A stretch of 64,000 bases of DNA from Candidatus Omnitrophota bacterium (lineage in GTDB: Bacteria; Omnitrophota; Gorgyraeia; Tantalellales; Tantalellaceae): NCBI GenBank assembly GCA_043813915.1, contig JBDRKO010000026.1, positions 66,236-130,235 on the forward strand. The letters run 5' to 3'. The translations under genes and the position numbers were made by a program. The notes under the pieces are model-generated. The model did no database searches, was not told the DNA's origin, and saw nothing but the letters and a program-made list of their open reading frames with translations. Below are positions 18,812-27,721 of the stretch, in pieces (within the stretch, counting starts at the first letter, position 1; each line of letters opens with the position of its first letter).

Positions 18812-19237
18812 GGGAGACGAAAGACGAGGGAAGAAGGACGAGAGACGAGGGAAGAGGGACGACTGTTAAGTATCAAGGAGAATAGTTTAAAAGTTAAAGT
18901 TCTGTGGACACCTTTCCCGGGGTAGTGTAAACCCGACCCTCAAGATGTCCCCAGAATATATTTTTACTGGTTACAGGTAACAGACAAAGGGCGTAAAGCC
19001 TGCCTGTCCTGCCTGCGGCAGGTAAACCGGCAGGCAGGGAGTCACCGCGCTTCGCGCTAGAGTCATCATTCGCTACGCTCATTAGGGTCAGAGAGTCAGA
19101 GGGGAAGAAAGACGAAGGAAGAGAGACGCGGGAAGAGTCGCGGAGAGGAGCACGGTTAACTTGCATTTATATTGAATCTATGATAAACTATACTTTATCA
19201 TAGATTTGTTAAATTGTTGAAAAATGGAGTGTGTTTT

Positions 19238-20464
19238 ATGTCTAAACTTTACAAGAGAAGAATAATCGATGAAATACAAGATTATCTTTTTACGGATGAT
19301 ATTATTGTTTTGCATGGGGCAAGACAGGTGGGGAAAACGAGTATTCTTTACTGGCTTAGGGATCTTTTATCCAGGGAAGAAAAGATAGTTTATTATGTCG
19401 ATCTCGAGGATTCTCGTTTTGTTAGGATATTAGACCAGGGGATCGACAGTTTTGTTGACCATTTAAAAGAGGAGGGGATCTATAGCGAAAAGGAAAGCGC
19501 GCATTCTGAAAAAGTTTATGTTTTTATAGATGAGATCCAGTATTTAAATGACCCTTCTTCTTTTCTAAAATTAACAGCGGATCACCATAAATTTTTGAAA
19601 TTGATAGTTACGGGTTCATCAAGCTTTGATATCCAGAGTAAATTTAAGGATTCCCTTGTTGGAAGAACAGTCGATTTTGAGATATTTAATTTATCATTTA
19701 GTGAGTTCCTTGAGTTCAAAGAGTATGTTTTTAATGAAAAGAATGTTTTTTCGGATAAAAAGGTAGAAGAATTACGGGGTTTGTTCTTAGAATATGTTCT
19801 TTATGGGGGGTATCCCAAGATCGTGTTATCTCCTGAAGTTCATAGAAAGGAAAAATATTTGCAGCAGATCATAGATACGTATGTCAGAAAAGATATTCGG
19901 GACCTTGCCGATGTCAAAGATATCGATAAATTTAACAAATTAGTAGAGATCCTAGCCGCGCAAAGCGGGAATTTATTGAATATAACAGAGCTATCAAATA
20001 CTTGCGGAATAGCAAAGCAGACGGTTGAGAGATATTTGTTTATTTTGGAGAACACTTATATTTTAAAGCAAGTAAGACCCTATCATAAAAATATACGCTC
20101 AGAATTATTCAAAGTCCCTAAAATTTTCTTTTATGATAGCGGGTTAATGCAAATGCTATGGCTTAAAAAGTTACAGAAGGAAGTTCTTGGAAGCGTGTTT
20201 GAGACGGCAGTTTTTTCTGAGTTAGTTAAGAAATATCACAAAAACAGTGTTTTGTATTGGAGAACCGCTGATAAAAAAGAGATAGATTTCATTTTGCGGG
20301 ATAAAAACGGGATCTTGCCTATAGAGGTTAAGTTGAATTTTCAGCAATTTAATTCGTCATCTATCAGGTACTTTAATAAAAAGTACGACAATACAAAATA
20401 TAAAGTGGTTGGTCTAAAAGGAGACTGCGAAGAGGGATCTTATGTTTATCCATGGCAGCTTTAA
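19238..20464 (+). CDS. AAA+ ATPase, DUF4143-type (archaeal ATPase family)
   Basis: Walker A GARQVGKTS, Walker B VFIDEIQ; about 400 aa with C-terminal DUF4143-like region; flanked on both sides by repeat mosaics. Confidence 0.6.
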   Translation: MSKLYKRRIIDEIQDYLFTDDIIVLHGARQVGKTSILYWLRDLLSREEKIVYYVDLEDSRFVRILDQGIDSFVDHLKEEGIYSEKESAHSEKVYVFIDEIQYLNDPSSFLKLTADHHKFLKLIVTGSSSFDIQSKFKDSLVGRTVDFEIFNLSFSEFLEFKEYVFNEKNVFSDKKVEELRGLFLEYVLYGGYPKIVLSPEVHRKEKYLQQIIDTYVRKDIRDLADVKDIDKFNKLVEILAAQSGNLLNITELSNTCGIAKQTVERYLFILENTYILKQVRPYHKNIRSELFKVPKIFFYDSGLMQMLWLKKLQKEVLGSVFETAVFSELVKKYHKNSVLYWRTADKKEIDFILRDKNGILPIEVKLNFQQFNSSSIRYFNKKYDNTKYKVVGLKGDCEEGSYVYPWQL

Positions 20465-20496
20465 TCGGAGAGAACAGTTTAAAAGGTTAACCCATG

Positions 20497-20670
20497 CGCC
20501 CCGGCGAAGCCCCGTGCTTCAGGGCGGGGAAAATATCCGGGGCTCAGGATCAATTGGGAACCCTTCGGCTTCGCTCCCCTCGACAAGCTCCCCTCGGCCT
20601 TGCTCGGGACAGGCGGGGCAGGCAGGGCAGGCCCCGGTCTTTAGACCAGGGTATCGGTGAATTCAGAGCA
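20497..20670. repeat. about 170-bp repeat family J copy 1 (CCCCGGCGAAGCC...GATCAATTGGGAACCCTTCGGCTTCGCTCCCCTCGACAAGCTC...GTCTTTAGACC.GGGTATCGGT.AATT)
   Basis: Second copy at 34783-34945. Confidence 0.7.
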
Positions 20671-20924
20671 CAGGGCATGGCGCATAGTATTAAGAGAGAC
20701 GAAGGAAGAGCTGTTCCCTTGTCATCCCGACCGAACGAAGAGAGCGGAGGGATCTGGTTAAAAGAACATCGGAATCGGGAGATTCCGATGCACCTCGAAC
20801 ATTACGTTCTCGGCGCCTCGATTCGCCTTTGGCTCACTCGGGATGACAGGGTAGGGACATTTTACGAATCACCCCAGCAGATTTCTTCGAAATCTAAGCG
20901 CTGGGGCAGGCGAATTACGAAATC

Positions 20925-22436
20925 ATGACACATAACACATTACACATGACACATAACACAATTTTGCTAACGTTGCTTTTGCTGGCGGGAATACTGCTCT
21001 TCACCAATCTTGGCAATCAGTATCTTTGGCAGGATGAGGCGGAAACAGCGTGTTTGGCGAAAAATACTTTGAAGTACGGCTTTCCAAGGGCATTTGACGG
21101 TGAAAACACCGTAAACCCAAGGATAGGGGAACACTCTCATGTAGGGTTCGGTAAAGATTTCGCATGGCTTTATCATCCTTGGATGCAATTCTACATTACC
21201 GCCGGTTCTTTTTTTCTTTTCGGAATAAGCACATTTACGGCGCGTCTTCCTTTTGCTCTCATCGGACTGTTTAATTTGATACTGCTTTATTTCTTGGCGC
21301 TTAGAATAACAAAAATAAGATTTGTCGCTGTTTGTTCGGTGCTTTTAACCGCGCTTTCCGTCCCGTATCTTCTTATGATGCGGCAATGCAGATATTATGC
21401 TCCGTCGGTGTTCTTTGTGCTTGCCGCTCTTTTTTTCTATTCCCGGTTCAGAGAGAGCAGATCCAACGGGGATCTGGCGTTAACTGCAACGGCTCTGATA
21501 GCTCTGGGATATACGGTGCACGGCATTTTCGTGCCGGTCTATGCGGCTATCGGCATTCATTATATGTTTTTCTCTTTCGACAAAAAGACCTTTCCTCGGG
21601 TGGCGGCGGCGGGAATGTTCACGCTGGCGGCCGTTTTCTGGTGGTTCCTGTTATCCCAAAGTTCGGGGCATATCGCGGTTATTGCTCCGGATAAGATATT
21701 CGGCAATCTTGAGTTTCAGATACGGATGATAAATAAGTATATATTCCCGGTGATGTTTTTCGGGGCAATTTACTGTATCAGAGCCGTCTGGAAGAGGAAG
21801 ATCGGAATTGATCTTATGTCCGAAGAAAAACAGGCTATCAGTTTGATAGGTCTGGTTGTTTTAGTAAGTATTATAACGTTCTGTTTTGTAGAACAAAGGC
21901 ATCTGAGATATTTTGTGTATTTTATACCGTTATTGGCCATGGTACAAGGGCTGATATTGTTGCGTTTAGCCAGGCGGAGCAAGGTGCTTTTGGCGGGATT
22001 CCTAGCGGTCTCTGTTATCACCGGTACTTTTAATATGGGGTACCCGAACTTTCTTTTACCAAAATATATTTACGAGATAACCCATGATTATGACGGACCG
22101 ATAGAAGGCATAGTCAAGTTCCTTGAAAAGAACGCGTCTAAAGGAGATACGGTAAAGATCATATACGGGGATCTGCCGTTGATATTTTATACAGGTCTTA
22201 AAATAGATAATTCCTGGGTCTATGACGATGAGCATATGCCTAGGTGGATAGTCTTTAGACGCGGATGGCATGAGCAGTTAACTAACGATTATTACACGAA
22301 AGTAACTAAAAAATACAAAGAATATGTCCTGGCGTATCCGGATATTTTGTACGAGAACCGGCCGGGCGACCTCGGTTACCACAAATTCGCGACGGACAAG
22401 GAAGCGCCGGGGGTAATAGTGTTCGGGAGGAAATAG
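20925..22436 (+). CDS. ArnT/PMT-like GT-C membrane glycosyltransferase (third paralogue)
   Basis: Polytopic; first loop YLWQDEAETACLAKNT has the DE motif; annotated 5' end runs through an ACACATAACACA repeat module so the true start is probably further downstream. Confidence 0.45.
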   Translation: MTHNTLHMTHNTILLTLLLLAGILLFTNLGNQYLWQDEAETACLAKNTLKYGFPRAFDGENTVNPRIGEHSHVGFGKDFAWLYHPWMQFYITAGSFFLFGISTFTARLPFALIGLFNLILLYFLALRITKIRFVAVCSVLLTALSVPYLLMMRQCRYYAPSVFFVLAALFFYSRFRESRSNGDLALTATALIALGYTVHGIFVPVYAAIGIHYMFFSFDKKTFPRVAAAGMFTLAAVFWWFLLSQSSGHIAVIAPDKIFGNLEFQIRMINKYIFPVMFFGAIYCIRAVWKRKIGIDLMSEEKQAISLIGLVVLVSIITFCFVEQRHLRYFVYFIPLLAMVQGLILLRLARRSKVLLAGFLAVSVITGTFNMGYPNFLLPKYIYEITHDYDGPIEGIVKFLEKNASKGDTVKIIYGDLPLIFYTGLKIDNSWVYDDEHMPRWIVFRRGWHEQLTNDYYTKVTKKYKEYVLAYPDILYENRPGDLGYHKFATDKEAPGVIVFGRK

Positions 22437-22570
22437 AAATAATTGTGTAAGGTGTTATGTGTAATGTGGGGAGGAATTAGTTAAAGGTTAACAAGGGCAT
22501 AGAGCACAGGGCAGAAATGGAGATAGAGGATAGAAACTAGAAACTATATTGGACCATAGACTATTGGATA

Positions 22571-22650
22571 AAGTTACCAGAAACCGGTTACCAGTTACCA
22601 GGGGAAAAGACGTAGATTACTGGTTACAGGTAACAGGCAACTGGTTATTG
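22571..22650. repeat. hairpin-forming intergenic repeat family A (GTTACCAGAAACCGGTTACCAGTTACCAG ... CTGGTTACAGGTAACAGGCAACTGGTTA), MITE-like
   Basis: Four copies: 22571-22650, 26755-26786 (left arm only), 26998-27068, 42588-42655; internal inverted symmetry. Confidence 0.7.
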
Positions 22651-22667
22651 TTAGTAAGGTACAAATC

Positions 22668-22960
22668 ACCCCCTGCAGATTTTTTTGAAATCTAAGCGCG
22701 GGAGCAGGCAAGGCGCCGAGGACGAAATGTTCGAGGTGGGCAAAACGTCCCCGTTTTGACGGAGGTTCCGTTTGCGAGGGAAGCAGTCTAAAAGTCGAAG
22801 GTGGAAGTTCTGAGGACACTCTTCCCGTGGGAGTATAAGCCCTGGCCGAAGAATGTCCCCAGAATATATTTTTATTTCTGTTCACGCTATACGACATTCG
22901 CTATACTCTACACGATATACAAATTAACTGCCATGCGCTGTGCTCTATGCTAATTGTCAC
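22668..22960. repeat. about 300-bp composite repeat, copy 1 (contains AGATTTCTTCGAAATCT palindrome, GACGAAATGTCCGAGGTGGGCAAAACGTCCCCGTTTTGACGGA, GAATGTCCCCAGAATATATTTTTATTTCTGTTCACGCTATACGACATTCGCTATACTCTA)
   Basis: Near-identical to 44761-45105; shorter fragments at 18894-18960, 52340-52360, 52478-52515. Confidence 0.75.
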
Positions 22961-22993
22961 TGTTCACTGCAGACGAATAACACAAGAGGAAAA

Positions 22994-24073
22994 ATGAAGA
23001 TCGGATTTGATGCCAGAATGATAACCCACCCGGGCATAGGATCTTATATCAAAGGCTTGGTGCCTGAACTTATCCGTCAAGCGCCGCAAGATAAGTTCGT
23101 TATTTTCGGGGATCCCGAAAAGTTAGCATATATCCCGGAAAAGAGGAACGTAGAATTCATCAAATGGGAGCCTCCCATCTACTCGCTAAGAGAACAATTC
23201 TCTCCTTATGACGGCATGGGATTGGATATTGTGCATATCCCGCATTTTAACGTTCCTGTCTTTTGCCGCACTAAGATGGTAGTTACGGTGCATGATATTA
23301 TCTATTTACTGATGCCGCGTCCTATTTCTTCTCCGATAGCAAAGTTTTACGCAAAATTCATGATAGGACATGTCCTGAGAAGAGCGGGCAAGGTGATATC
23401 TGTTTCAAAGAGCACGAAAAATGATCTTTTATCGGTTTTCGGGAAAAAGTATTCCGAAAAAATAGATGTTGTTCACGAAGCGGCGATCGGCGCTTTTAGA
23501 AAGATCACCGATACGGATACGGTGAATATAGTGAAAGGCAAATACGGTCTTTCTGACAAGGTCGTGCTCTATGTAGGCAGTATTAAACCGCATAAGAACA
23601 TTGATACGCTAATAAAAGTATTTAAGGAACTAAAAAAGAAGGGTGCAGCTCATCAGCTTGTCATAACGGGCAGGTGGGACAAGAAAGAAGATCATTTACG
23701 GAAGTTTATTGACGGCAAGGACATAAAATATATCGGAGAGATCTCTACCGGGGATCTGGTCCTTCTATATAATCATGCCGAGGTGCTTCTCCACCTTTCT
23801 GAATATGAGGGATTCGGCCTTACCATCCTGGAGGCTATGCAGTGCGGAACCCCGGTAGTCTCATCGAACACTTCATCTCTTCCTGAAATAGCGGGTGACG
23901 CGGCGCTTTGTGTTGACCCTCTTGATATTGGACAAATATCGGATACCGTGTATAATGTGATAAACGATATTAATATTAAAAAAGGGCTGATAGAACGCGG
24001 ATTGGAACGGGCCGCTGAGTTTTCATGGCAGGAAACTGCCCGAAGGACCCTCAAAGTATATCACGAAGCGTGA
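22994..24073 (+). CDS. glycosyltransferase family 1 (GT4)
   Basis: EGFGLTILEAMQCGTPVVSS EX7E motif; ATG 22994 with aagagga SD; upstream ORF-track extension lies in the repeat. Confidence 0.7.
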   Translation: MKIGFDARMITHPGIGSYIKGLVPELIRQAPQDKFVIFGDPEKLAYIPEKRNVEFIKWEPPIYSLREQFSPYDGMGLDIVHIPHFNVPVFCRTKMVVTVHDIIYLLMPRPISSPIAKFYAKFMIGHVLRRAGKVISVSKSTKNDLLSVFGKKYSEKIDVVHEAAIGAFRKITDTDTVNIVKGKYGLSDKVVLYVGSIKPHKNIDTLIKVFKELKKKGAAHQLVITGRWDKKEDHLRKFIDGKDIKYIGEISTGDLVLLYNHAEVLLHLSEYEGFGLTILEAMQCGTPVVSSNTSSLPEIAGDAALCVDPLDIGQISDTVYNVINDINIKKGLIERGLERAAEFSWQETARRTLKVYHEA

Positions 24074-24107
24074 TTTTATGCTATAACTCTTTTATCCAGG
24101 ATGTGTT

Positions 24108-25247
24108 ATGAAAGACATCAAGGTCGCTATTACGCACGATTGGATCACAGGCATGAGAGGCGGCGAGAAATGCCTGGAGGTTTTTTGTGAACTCTTCCCG
24201 GAAGCTACTGTTTTTACTCTTCTTCACAAAAAGGGCAGTGTGTCTCCGATCATAGAGAAAATGGATATCCGGACATCCTTTATAGATAGATTCCCGAATA
24301 TATATAGTAATTACAGGTGGTTTCTGCCTTTATTCCCTAAAGCCATAGAGAAATTCGATCTTACGGGATATGATCTTGTTATTAGTTCCAGCCATTGCGT
24401 AGCCAAGGGAGTAGGGGCCAGTCCCGGCGCATTGCATATATGCTATTGCTATACACCTATGAGATATGCCTGGAAGTTTTTTGATGAATATTTTTCTAAA
24501 GGAAGATTCCTCGAAAAGGCGGCAATATCCGAGATCATAAAAGCTCTCAAAGGATGGGATATTACTTCAAATAAAAGAATTGATTATTTTATAGCGATAT
24601 CGGATAATATCAGGAATCGAATTAAGGAAATCTATAATAGGGACGCAGATGTCATATACCCGCCGGTAAATACAAGTTCCGATGAAATGAGTGTTGAGGA
24701 CAACGGAGAATATCTTATTGTTTCGGCCCTTGTCCCCTATAAACGGATCGATCTTGCTGTAAACGCCTTTAATGAAACAGGAAGAATCCTTAATATTGTA
24801 GGTACCGGCAATGATCTTAATTATTTAAAGAAGATCTCAGGCGAAAATATCAGGTTTTTTGGATGGATAACCGAGGACGAGCTTAAAGGGTTTTATAAGA
24901 GATGTAAAGCCCTGATCTTTCCGGGGGAAGAAGATTTCGGTATCGTCCCGGTCGAGGCTCAAGGATATGGAAAACCAGTGATAGCTTATGGTAAGGGCGG
25001 CGTTCTCGAAACGGTCATACCGTTTGGTGAAGGCCCCATCCCTAGAGTACATCCTACGGGTATATTTTTTCATAAACAAACCCCGGACGCTCTAAATGGA
25101 GCAATAGATATATTCGAAAGGAACCAAGATGAATTCAACCCTCAAATAATCAAAGAAAATACTGCCAGATTTAATAGGGAACGATTTAAGAACGAGATCA
25201 GGGAATATATCAGAGATAAGTGGGAGAAGCATGAAAATACGCGGTAA
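24108..25247 (+). CDS. glycosyltransferase family 1 (GT4)
   Basis: EDFGIVPVEAQGYGKPVIA EX7E motif. Confidence 0.7.
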   Translation: MKDIKVAITHDWITGMRGGEKCLEVFCELFPEATVFTLLHKKGSVSPIIEKMDIRTSFIDRFPNIYSNYRWFLPLFPKAIEKFDLTGYDLVISSSHCVAKGVGASPGALHICYCYTPMRYAWKFFDEYFSKGRFLEKAAISEIIKALKGWDITSNKRIDYFIAISDNIRNRIKEIYNRDADVIYPPVNTSSDEMSVEDNGEYLIVSALVPYKRIDLAVNAFNETGRILNIVGTGNDLNYLKKISGENIRFFGWITEDELKGFYKRCKALIFPGEEDFGIVPVEAQGYGKPVIAYGKGGVLETVIPFGEGPIPRVHPTGIFFHKQTPDALNGAIDIFERNQDEFNPQIIKENTARFNRERFKNEIREYIRDKWEKHENTR

Positions 25248-26694
25248 TATTATATCCGAAGTCGTATCGCTTATGAGGGACATTATAAAGGGCAGTATAA
25301 AGGGCCTTTTAAAGGGTATATGGTCCATCAAGTTCAGAGTTATATTGTTTTTAGGTGATATATGGTTTATAGGTCTCGGATTTTATTGCGCTTATTGGAT
25401 CAGGTTTAATTCAGGATTTTTCAGTATTCCTTTCGGAGTGCCGCACATCAACAATTATTCTAAAGCTTTGCCGATATTAACAGCCATAATGATATTTTTT
25501 ATGAACTCAAAGAGGCTTTATTCAACCGGTGCTAGATTATCGATAGTAGATGAATTTTTTACCATTGTAAAAACGACAACTATGGGAATTTTATTTTTCA
25601 TGATAGGAACATTTTTGTATAAAGAATATTCTTTTTCCAGGACCATGCTCTTTGTGGCATGGTTCGTGCTTATATTGTTCCTGATAGGGTGGAGATACCT
25701 TGTTAATAGGATACGTTTCTCTTTAAGAAAGAAAGATCGGAACCTTCTTATCGTAGGCGACAGTAAAATAGTGGGAAGATTGGTAGGGCATATAGCGGAA
25801 GATCCGCATTGGGATTACAATATCAAGGGTATATTGCGTATTGAAAAAATGTCCGAAGAGGCCGTAGAAGACATCCCGGTTCTGGGGAAGGTAGACAGAT
25901 TATGCAGCGTCATTGATGAGTGCGATATAGACGAGGTGATCTTAACCGATGTCGAAATACCGCGTTCGACGGTGTGGGATGTAATAATGGGCTGTGAAAA
26001 ACGAATGGTAAAGTTCCGGCTGGTAGCCGATCTTCTTGGGATGGTAACGAGCCAGGTAGATATGAGGACGATAGATGGGATCCCGCTTCTGGGTCTCAAA
26101 GAATCCCCCTTGGCCGAAGGATATAACCGGTTAATTAAACGGCTCGTGGACATTGTTCTTTCGGGTTTTGGCCTTCTTATCCTTTTCCCGGTATTTCTGA
26201 TAATAGGAATAACGGTAAAGATGAGTTCGCCCGGCGCTGTCTTCTATTTGCAGAAACGCATAGGTGAGGACGGACGCAAGTTCGCTATGCTGAAGTTCAG
26301 GACCATGATAGAAAAGGCCGAAAAAGGCAAGGGCCCGGTGTGGACGATAGAAAACGACCCCAGAAGAACAAAAATAGGGGGGTTTTTGAGGAAGAGCAAT
26401 CTTGATGAACTGCCTCAGCTTATTAATGTGCTGAAAGGTGAAATGAGCCTTGTCGGGCCCAGGCCTGAACGGCCTCATTTTGTCGATAAATTCAAAGACG
26501 ATATCCCCAGATATATGGCCCGCCACAAAATACGTTCGGGAATGACCGGATGGGCTCAGGTAAACGGGTTGAGAGGGAACACTTCCATCGAGGAGCGGAC
26601 TAAATACGATCTGCATTATATCGAGAACTGGTCCTTGGGTTTTGATATAAAGATACTGTTCATGTCGATATTCGCGCTTAAGAATGCGTATTAA
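25231..26694 (+). CDS. undecaprenyl-phosphate sugar phosphotransferase (WbaP/PglB-type bacterial sugar transferase), initiating enzyme
   Basis: N-terminal TM helices; C-terminal RIGEDGRKFAMLKFRTM and DELPQLINVLKGEMSLVGPRPERP motifs diagnostic of polyprenyl glycosylphosphotransferases. Confidence 0.8.
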   Translation: MKIRGNIISEVVSLMRDIIKGSIKGLLKGIWSIKFRVILFLGDIWFIGLGFYCAYWIRFNSGFFSIPFGVPHINNYSKALPILTAIMIFFMNSKRLYSTGARLSIVDEFFTIVKTTTMGILFFMIGTFLYKEYSFSRTMLFVAWFVLILFLIGWRYLVNRIRFSLRKKDRNLLIVGDSKIVGRLVGHIAEDPHWDYNIKGILRIEKMSEEAVEDIPVLGKVDRLCSVIDECDIDEVILTDVEIPRSTVWDVIMGCEKRMVKFRLVADLLGMVTSQVDMRTIDGIPLLGLKESPLAEGYNRLIKRLVDIVLSGFGLLILFPVFLIIGITVKMSSPGAVFYLQKRIGEDGRKFAMLKFRTMIEKAEKGKGPVWTIENDPRRTKIGGFLRKSNLDELPQLINVLKGEMSLVGPRPERPHFVDKFKDDIPRYMARHKIRSGMTGWAQVNGLRGNTSIEERTKYDLHYIENWSLGFDIKILFMSIFALKNAY

Positions 26695-27151
26695 GTAGAG
26701 CAGAAGTCAGAAGACAGAGGTTAGAAGTCAGAGTGTAGGGGCACGGCATTATATAGAGTTACCAGAAACCGGTTACCAGTTACCAGAAGAAAGACGAGGG
26801 ACGAGATTGCCGCGTCGCTTCGCTCCTCGCAATGACGGATGGGGGGGTTCCGCTTTCGCTAAGGCTAAGGTGGATAGGCGCAATGACGGGTGGAGATAGA
26901 AGGACGAGATAAAACAAGTATTAAGTGTTAAGTTGTAAGTGTTATGTGGAATGTATGGCGATAATGGCATAGAGCATAGAGCGTAGAGCGTTAAATAAAG
27001 TTACCAGAAACCGGTTACCAGTTACCAGGGAAAAGCCTTAGATCACTGGTAACAGGCAACTGGTTACTTTGAAGAAGTCACTGTTCAAGGCCATGCGCCA
27101 TGCTCTATGCCCTATGCGGTTATTTTTATGTTAGCTACACAAGGAGTTCCG

Positions 27152-27721
27152 ATGGGACGAAAATACGTTTTTATCGACAGGGACGGGGTTATTAATAAGG
27201 ATCCCGCGGGATGGACAGAGTACGGATATGTTACCACGCCGGAAGATTTCCGTGTCATAGAAGGTGTTCCTGAGGCTATAAAGATATTTACGGATGCGGG
27301 ATACGGATGCGTTATAATATCCAATCAGCAGGGTGTCGGAAAAGGATATTTTTCCCAAGAAGAGCTCCGCAAGGTAACCGAGAAGATGAATAGTATAATT
27401 GAAGATGCCGGCGGGAAAATAGAAAAAGCATACTATTGTACGCATACAAGGGAAGAGAAATGCCCCTGCCGGAAACCTAGGACAGGCCTTTTTCTGAAGG
27501 CTCGCCAAGACCTAGGCATAGAAGATCTCGATGGGAAATTCTATATAGGCGACACGGAACGCGATATCCTTGCGGGCAAGAACGCGGGGCTAAAGACCGT
27601 ATTGGTGCTTAGCGGTAAAGATACGAAAAGAGACGCGGAAGATTGGAAAGAAAAACCGGATTATATATCAAAAGATCTCAGGGAAGCGGCTGAGTTGATC
27701 GTGAAAGGAGCATATGTCTAA
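27152..27721 (+). CDS. gmhB: D,D-heptose 1,7-bisphosphate phosphatase-like HAD phosphatase (histidinol-phosphatase subfamily)
   Basis: FIDRDGVIN motif I, ISNQ motif II, Zn-binding CxH...CxC pattern (CTHTREEKCPCRKP) typical of GmhB; aaggag SD 5 nt upstream. Confidence 0.6.
   Translation: MGRKYVFIDRDGVINKDPAGWTEYGYVTTPEDFRVIEGVPEAIKIFTDAGYGCVIISNQQGVGKGYFSQEELRKVTEKMNSIIEDAGGKIEKAYYCTHTREEKCPCRKPRTGLFLKARQDLGIEDLDGKFYIGDTERDILAGKNAGLKTVLVLSGKDTKRDAEDWKEKPDYISKDLREAAELIVKGAYV

Noticed and set aside
20925-20960. N-terminal MTHNTLHMTHNTIL of the third GT-C protein as genuine coding sequence
   Set aside because: Encoded by the ATGACACATAACACA repeat module; more likely intergenic repeat read through, with the real start further downstream (uncertain which).
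22595-22897. Small minus-strand ORFs with similar peptides (MSYSVNRNKNIFWGHSS...) at 22595-22897, 44699-45046 and 18894-19166
   Set aside because: They lie entirely within copies of the about 300-bp composite repeat; peptide similarity is a consequence of DNA repetition, not evidence of a conserved protein.
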